Assembly: GCA_963662275.1 (NCBI GenBank)
Contig: OY759316.1
Location: 3,712,001 to 3,776,000, forward strand
Length of the DNA: 64,000 nt
DNA from: Candidatus Cloacimonadales bacterium
GTDB taxonomy: Bacteria > Cloacimonadota > Cloacimonadia > Cloacimonadales > DAONDQ01
Direction of reading: 5' to 3'
Translations under genes and position numbers: made by a program
Notes under the pieces: generated by a model
Databases searched by the model: none
Told to the model about the DNA's origin: nothing
Seen by the model: the letters and a program-made list of their open reading frames with translations, nothing else
Shown: piece after piece, positions 57,920 to 64,000 of the stretch
Numbering within the stretch: position 1 is the first letter of the stretch
How the letters are laid out: every line of letters begins with the position of its first letter

Positions 57920-58749
57920 TTGATCTCAATCATATCAATGCGATTCTCCATCATCACAGGCAAGACGAGGATATTTTTTACTGGATTATAACCAATATCC
58001 GCAGGTCCGTTATAGCCATCCTTCACTAGTACTGGTGTTTTTTTGAAATCAGGGTCGAGTTTGAATACTCCTTTTGATCCCCAACTGGTAATATAATAAT
58101 TCCCCTTTTGATCACGGGTAAAGCCATCCAGGCTGGAAAATGTGGTTGTCATGACTGTTTCAATTTTTTGCGTATCCCAATATAAAGCCTGGATTGGAGA
58201 ATTATCAATTTGGGAACAAATGAGCAGTCTCTTGTTGGTGGCATCATACAAAATACCGTTCGGTTTGATGAGTTGAGGGTTTTTAAAGACTTCCATTTTC
58301 TTGGTGTTGAGGTCAATCCGATAGATCAGGCTTGCATTGGAATCCGAGCAGAATAGATAATGTGAATCATCCACTTCAATATCATTGGGGAACTGTGAAT
58401 TCGGTAAGTTCAATAGCCGAAGCTGTTTTCCATCCTTCAGGGAAAAAGCCCTTACTGCATCTATATCTGATACATACAAAATATCTTTGCGAATAGCCAG
58501 ACCTTTGGGTCCTTTCAGTCCACTTGCAAAAAGAGTTAATCTGTTGCTATCATCCATTGATATGATGTTTTTTCCTGCCACATTGGAAATCAAATACCTA
58601 TGATATGAAGCATCATAGACAACACTTTCCGGATGATTTAAGGAAATTTTGCCTGATACGGGTTTCGAACATGACAAATTAGAACTGATTAATACGCACT
58701 GAAAAGCAATAAAGGAAATTGTTAAGCATCTGGAAATCACATTATTCAC
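57916..58749 (-). CDS. SMP-30/gluconolactonase-like beta-propeller exported protein
   Basis: HPESVVYD, GPKGLA, FPNDIEVD, KPNGI, LDG, GPADI blades. Confidence 0.75.
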   Translation of the reverse strand: MNNVISRCLTISFIAFQCVLISSNLSCSKPVSGKISLNHPESVVYDASYHRYLISNVAGKNIISMDDSNRLTLFASGLKGPKGLAIRKDILYVSDIDAVRAFSLKDGKQLRLLNLPNSQFPNDIEVDDSHYLFCSDSNASLIYRIDLNTKKMEVFKNPQLIKPNGILYDATNKRLLICSQIDNSPIQALYWDTQKIETVMTTTFSSLDGFTRDQKGNYYITSWGSKGVFKLDPDFKKTPVLVKDGYNGPADIGYNPVKNILVLPVMMENRIDMIEIK

Positions 58750-59073
58750 ATCTACCTCCCTTTGATTGTGGATAAGGAATAAAAAATTTCTGTCAGTAAT
58801 AACTGAATCATAATAAGTAAGTTAATTCATACACATAAAAAAGGCAAGGAATTTGATAATCGAAGTTAAAACTATACGTTTAATACAGATATCAATCGTG
58901 GATCAGATGAAGGGAATAAAGGATATAAACAAAAAGATGGAATAAATGTTTGACAGCAGATGGGGAGGCTCTTTTTTTTGCTCACAGGTAATTTTTGTTC
59001 TTTGAAACACGCGATGAGTGGGAAAATAATGGTTGACACAAAAGAAGTGGTTAAATTTCAGTGATATTCACGT

Positions 59074-59148
59074 GCCGATGTAGCTCAACGGTAGAGCTAT
59101 TGATTTGTAATCAATAGGTTGGGGGTTCGATTCCCTTCATCGGCTCCA
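59074..59148 (+). tRNA. tRNA-Thr(TGT)
   Basis: Cloverleaf, anticodon loop TT-TGT-AA, GTTCGA T-arm, CCA end. Confidence 0.95.
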
Positions 59149-59156
59149 TATTCAGT

Positions 59157-59242
59157 GGTGGGGTTCCCGAGTGGTCAAAGGGAACAGACTGTAAATCTGT
59201 CGGCGGACGCCTTCGGAGGTTCAAATCCTCCCCCCACCACCA
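59157..59242 (+). tRNA. tRNA-Tyr(GTA)
   Basis: CT-GTA-AA anticodon loop, long variable arm, CCA end. Confidence 0.95.
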
Positions 59243-59273
59243 TCCTTTATTTTAATGACGTCAGAATGCATGT

Positions 59274-59350
59274 GCGGGAATAGCTCAGTTGGCTAGAGCA
59301 TCAGCCTTCCAAGCTGAGGGTCGCGGGTTCGAATCCCGTTTCCCGCTCCA
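59274..59350 (+). tRNA. tRNA-Gly(TCC)
   Basis: CT-TCC-AA anticodon loop, CCA end. Confidence 0.95.
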
Positions 59351-59360
59351 TTTTATAACC

Positions 59361-59436
59361 GCTCATGTAGCTCAGTCGGTAGAGCACCTCCTTGGTAAGG
59401 AGGAGGTCACCGGTTCAAATCCGGTCATGAGCTCCA
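59361..59436 (+). tRNA. tRNA-Thr(GGT)
   Basis: TT-GGT-AA anticodon loop, CCA end. Confidence 0.95.
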
Positions 59437-59502
59437 TATTTTCTTTTTCTACCAAAAAGAAATAAACTAACAGATCAACGATAATCAAGTCCGGGAGGAG
59501 TT

Positions 59503-60687
<1,185 letters not shown>

Positions 60688-60696
60688 GTTGTAATA

Positions 60697-60846
60697 ATGA
60701 GAGATATCATTACCTTAGCTTGTGAAGAATGTAAGAATAGAAATTATACGACAACAAAGAATAAGCGCAAAAATCCTAACAGGATGGAACTGAAGAAGTA
60801 TTGTCCTTTCTGTCGTAAACATACCCCTCACAAGCAGACACGTTAG
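60697..60846 (+). CDS. rpmG: 50S ribosomal protein L33 (Zn-binding type; not in the ORF track)
   Basis: [49 protein letters not shown]. Confidence 0.96.
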   Translation: MRDIITLACEECKNRNYTTTKNKRKNPNRMELKKYCPFCRKHTPHKQTR

Positions 60847-60856
60847 CACAAATTGC

Positions 60857-60932
60857 AGGATAGTAGCTCAACTGGTAGAGCATCGGTCTCCAAAACCGAG
60901 GGTTGCGGGTTCAAGTCCTGCCTGTCCTGCCA
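60857..60932 (+). tRNA. tRNA-Trp(CCA)
   Basis: CT-CCA-AA anticodon loop, CCA end, canonical position before secE. Confidence 0.95.
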
Positions 60933-60945
60933 GTATAAATATATA

Positions 60946-60979
60946 GGAAGTCCAGCAATCATTTGATTGCTGGCTTTCC
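60946..60979 (+). terminator. Hairpin after tRNA-Trp (terminator or processing site)
   Basis: GGAAGtCCAGCAATC-attt-GATTGCTGGctTTCC; lacks a long U-tail. Confidence 0.45.
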
Positions 60980-61006
60980 TAATCTCAAGGAAAGGGACGG
61001 TTTAAT

Positions 61007-61192
61007 ATGTTCCATAAGTTTATCAAGTTTCTGAAAGATGTCAAAGCAGAAATGAAATCAGTCAGTTGGCCTTCTAAAGCTGATATTACCGAAGGTACAA
61101 CCGTAGTTATTGTGATGTCAGGCATAGTATCCATATTTTTATCTATCGTTGATCTGACCTTTCAGTTTATTGTCGGCAAGATTTTTTACTAG
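61007..61192 (+). CDS. secE: Preprotein translocase subunit SecE
   Basis: FLKDVKAEMKSVSWPS, one TM helix. Confidence 0.95.
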   Translation: MFHKFIKFLKDVKAEMKSVSWPSKADITEGTTVVIVMSGIVSIFLSIVDLTFQFIVGKIFY

Positions 61193-61197
61193 GTTTG

Positions 61198-61722
61198 ATG
61201 ATGAAATGGTATGTAGTTCATACGTATGCTTCACATGAAAATCGCGTGAAGGAAACGATCGATAAAGGTAAATTGGGCACAGCCCTGGAAACCAGAATCG
61301 GTCAGATTCTGATCCCAACACAGAAGACTTTTCATATTCGTGATGGGAAAAAGATTGAACGAGAAAAGAAGCTCTTCAATAGTTATATAATCATGGAAGC
61401 AGAATTAGACCCTGAGGTAATAGGATTTGTGACCAATATTGCAGGTGTCACAAATTTCCTTGGTGATGGGAAGCGTCCTGTCCCTCTAACGGATTCAGAG
61501 GTGAATCGTTTATTAGGAATTGCCGATAGGGATAAAGATGATGTTCATAATTATGAATATCTACCAGGCGATATGGTCAAGATTATAGCAGGACCATTTA
61601 CCGATTTTGACGGAGTGATTGAAAAAGTCAGTGATGGCGGTGCAAAACTAGTCGTCAACGTTTCCGTTTTTGGCAGGAGTACACCGGTTGAGGTGAATAC
61701 TGACCAAGCTGAAAAGAAATAA
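61198..61722 (+). CDS. nusG: Transcription termination/antitermination factor NusG
   Basis: KWYVVHT, GPFTDFDG KOW motif, VFGRSTPVE. Confidence 0.97.
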   Translation: MMKWYVVHTYASHENRVKETIDKGKLGTALETRIGQILIPTQKTFHIRDGKKIEREKKLFNSYIIMEAELDPEVIGFVTNIAGVTNFLGDGKRPVPLTDSEVNRLLGIADRDKDDVHNYEYLPGDMVKIIAGPFTDFDGVIEKVSDGGAKLVVNVSVFGRSTPVEVNTDQAEKK

Positions 61723-61742
61723 ATAGAAGATAGAGGTATAAA

Positions 61743-62174
61743 ATGGCATTACCCAAAGATGTAGTAAACGTAATTAAATTGCAACTGCCTGCTGGAAAGG
61801 CTACACCAGCACCTCCCGTTGGACCTGCTTTAGGTCAAGCCGGTGTAAATATTCCTGATTTTTGCCGTCAATTTAATGAAAGAACTTCCGATCAACCCGG
61901 TATGGTTTTTCCGGTTGTGATCTATGTGACAAAGAAAAAGACCTTTACTTTTGAAATCAAAACACCTCCGGCAGCTATCCTAATCAAAAAGGAAGCAAAC
62001 CTGGCAAAAGGTTCCGGAGTTCCCAATAAAACAAAAGTTGGGAAGATTAATAAAGCTCAAGTTAAGAAAATTGCAGAATTAAAAATTCAAGATATGAATT
62101 GTTTTTCCCTAGAGTCCGCCATGAGTATGGTCGCAGGCACTGCAAGAAGCATGGGAGTAGTTGTAGAAGACTAG
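61743..62174 (+). CDS. rplK: 50S ribosomal protein L11
   Basis: [15 protein letters not shown]. Confidence 0.98.
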   Translation: MALPKDVVNVIKLQLPAGKATPAPPVGPALGQAGVNIPDFCRQFNERTSDQPGMVFPVVIYVTKKKTFTFEIKTPPAAILIKKEANLAKGSGVPNKTKVGKINKAQVKKIAELKIQDMNCFSLESAMSMVAGTARSMGVVVED

Positions 62175-62208
62175 GCTCCACGCAGGAGACAATATTCAAG
62201 GAGAGTAA

Positions 62209-62913
62209 ATGAAACGTAGTAAAAGGTATGAGCAAGCCAGCAAATTAGTGAATCGCCAGATTCGTTATGAGCTTGATGGAGCCATCGAATTGATTAAAAG
62301 CTTACCAGCTTCCAAGTTTGATGAAACCATTGAGATTCATATGAACCTTGGTGTGGATCCACGAAAGGCTGAGCAGCAAATACGCAACTCTCTCGTTTTA
62401 CCGAATGGTACAGGTAAGACTGTGAGAGTTTTAGTTTTTGCTGAAGGTGAAAAAGCCGAAGAAGCTAAGGCTGCCGGTGCCGATTATGTTGGTGTGGATG
62501 ATTTAATGGAGAAGATCAGCGGTGGCTGGTATGACTTCGATATGGTGATTTCCACTCCCAATTTAATGGGTAAGATCGGTAAGCTGGGTCGTGTTCTCGG
62601 TCCTCGCGGTTTAATGCCAAATCCAAAAGTCGGAACAGTGACAATGGATGTAACAAAAGCTGTTATGGAATCAAAGTCAGGAAAGGTAACCTATCGAGTC
62701 GATAAGTTTTCAAACCTGCATATTCCAACCGGTAAAGTCAGTTTTACCAAAGAGGACTTGAAAGAGAACATCAAAACTATAATCGCTGCAATTTTGCGCG
62801 ATAGACCGGCCACGTTGAAAGGGATATTCATCAAGAGTATCACCTTAACATCAACGATGGGACCAGGCATCAAAATCAACGTCGCAAGCGCATCAGCCGA
62901 AGCGAAGAGTTAG
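62209..62913 (+). CDS. rplA: 50S ribosomal protein L1
   Basis: KFDETIE, LGPRGLMPNPK, STMGPG. Confidence 0.98.
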   Translation: MKRSKRYEQASKLVNRQIRYELDGAIELIKSLPASKFDETIEIHMNLGVDPRKAEQQIRNSLVLPNGTGKTVRVLVFAEGEKAEEAKAAGADYVGVDDLMEKISGGWYDFDMVISTPNLMGKIGKLGRVLGPRGLMPNPKVGTVTMDVTKAVMESKSGKVTYRVDKFSNLHIPTGKVSFTKEDLKENIKTIIAAILRDRPATLKGIFIKSITLTSTMGPGIKINVASASAEAKS

Positions 62914-62921
62914 GAGGCAAC

Positions 62922-63452
62922 ATGGTGCAAGCTTACAAAGAAGATCTGGTATACGAATTAAAGACGCGACTTAAAGATGCCAAAGCGATTATTCTGGTGG
63001 ATTACAAGGGAATTAACATCGAAGAAGTCAACGCCTTGCGCAACCGGTTGAGAAATGCCGGTGTGGACTATTTTGTCCAGAAAAACACCTTGATCAAGAT
63101 CGCCTTACATGATCTTGGAATCAATGATCTGGATACGTTTTTAGTAGGTCCGACTGCCGTTGCGGTGTGCAAGAATGATGAAGTAGCTCCAGCCCGGGAG
63201 ATATCCAAATTTGTGAAAGAAGTGATGGAGGAAAAAGGTTTCCCATCTTTCAAAGTTGGGCTGGTCAATGGTGATGTTTTATCAGCGAACCAAGTATTAG
63301 CGCTGGCAAAGCTACCATCGAGAGAAGAATTACTATCGAGAGTCATCGGCAGTATGAATTCACCGCTTACCGGATTTGTCAGAGTGCTCCAAGGGGTCAT
63401 TCTACAATTTGTCTATACCGTAGAAGCGGTTGCCAAAAAAAAGGCAAACTAA
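62922..63452 (+). CDS. rplJ: 50S ribosomal protein L10
   Basis: DYKG, KNTL, LAKLPSREEL. Confidence 0.97.
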   Translation: MVQAYKEDLVYELKTRLKDAKAIILVDYKGINIEEVNALRNRLRNAGVDYFVQKNTLIKIALHDLGINDLDTFLVGPTAVAVCKNDEVAPAREISKFVKEVMEEKGFPSFKVGLVNGDVLSANQVLALAKLPSREELLSRVIGSMNSPLTGFVRVLQGVILQFVYTVEAVAKKKAN

Positions 63453-63477
63453 ATAAATTATAAACGATGGAGGAACA

Positions 63478-63849
63478 ATGTCCGATAAAAAGAATCAAGT
63501 AATCGATATGATTAAAGAAATGACAGTACTTGAACTGTCCGAATTAGTGAAAGAAATGGAAACCATATTTGGTGTATCTGCTACTGCCCCTGTGGCTGCT
63601 GCAGCCGCTGCAGCTCCTGTTGCCGTGGAAGAAGAAAAGTCAGAATTCGATGTTATCTTAGCTGATGCCGGTGAAAAGAAAATCAACGTCATTAAGGTCG
63701 TCAGAGAGATCACCAAGCTTGGACTGAAAGAAGCCAAGGATCTTGTCGATACTGCACCGAAACCAATCGTGGAAAAAGTATCTAAGGAAGAAGCCGAAAG
63801 CGTAAAGAAAAAGCTTGAAGAAGCCGGCGCACGAGTTGAAGTTAAATAA
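63478..63849 (+). CDS. rplL: 50S ribosomal protein L7/L12
   Basis: [25 protein letters not shown]. Confidence 0.98.
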   Translation: MSDKKNQVIDMIKEMTVLELSELVKEMETIFGVSATAPVAAAAAAAPVAVEEEKSEFDVILADAGEKKINVIKVVREITKLGLKEAKDLVDTAPKPIVEKVSKEEAESVKKKLEEAGARVEVK

Positions 63850-63864
63850 TCAATATAACCATCG

Positions 63865-63905
63865 GGAAGTGGGTATAGTCTACCCACTTCCATTTTGTAT
63901 TTTTA
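63865..63905 (+). terminator. Terminator/attenuator between rplL and rpoB
   Basis: GGAAGTGGGTA-tagtc-TACCCACTTCC followed by a T-rich run. Confidence 0.75.
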
Positions 63906-63960
63906 GAAAGAAGTTCATTAAGCGATCTATATCGCTTGATTTTATACAAGGAGAGTGCTT

Positions 63961-64000
63961 TTGAGACCAATCAAAAGTTATTCCCGCATATCCAAGCGGT
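63961..64000 (+). CDS. rpoB: Probable start of RNA polymerase beta subunit (runs out of the window)
   Basis: AGGAGA RBS, TTG start, MRPIKSYSRISKR; identity rests on conserved synteny after rplL. Confidence 0.6.
   Translation, partial: MRPIKSYSRISKR

Noticed and set aside
59074..59436. tRNA-anchored integrative element bounding the 50.7-58.7 kb accessory region
   Set aside because: No integrase and no duplicated tRNA end were seen, and the region lies 5' of the tRNAs
62914..62921. L10 leader RNA before rplJ
   Set aside because: Only 8 bp separate rplA and rplJ, leaving no room for the leader

Overview
AT-rich bacterial chromosomal window. The lineage is probably Cloacimonadota (FCB group); this is an inference from several secreted proteins ending in an NYPNPFNP...K FlgD/T9SS-type-A-like tail, a PorV/PorQ-like gene and the style of the housekeeping genes. 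Core content: dinG-like helicase, murB, a 2-oxoacid dehydrogenase operon with lipoate ligase, tpx, smpB, split fumarase plus malic enzyme, the lspA-dksA-punA-divIVA-yggT-tdk block, and the tRNA(Thr,Tyr,Gly,Thr)-tuf-rpmG-tRNA(Trp)-secE-nusG-rplKAJL-rpoB(start) cluster. Main accessory findings: (1) An uncharacterised operon at 14.4-27.1 kb encoding a PqqD/RRE protein, an ATP-grasp enzyme (split by an IS with an 8-bp target-site duplication), a LysA-like PLP decarboxylase whose N-terminus looks like an RRE-binding YxxP leader, a urea-transporter/M23-peptidase fusion, two TPR proteins and a large lipoprotein. (2) A two-gene module at 49.2-50.6 kb sharing a short N-terminal domain; the second gene is an FGE/CLec protein whose 3' end has the codon signature of a diversity-generating retroelement variable region, with no RT or template repeat in the window. 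(3) A ~1 kb array of a 59-62 bp palindromic unit next to an intact IS4 with a 13-bp target-site duplication. (4) Many GTAG/GTGG-headed REP-like palindromes. (5) A decaying defence/TA islet (FRG and DUF262 pseudogenes, Fic, HigBA, DUF488). All domain calls are from motif recognition, not database searches.
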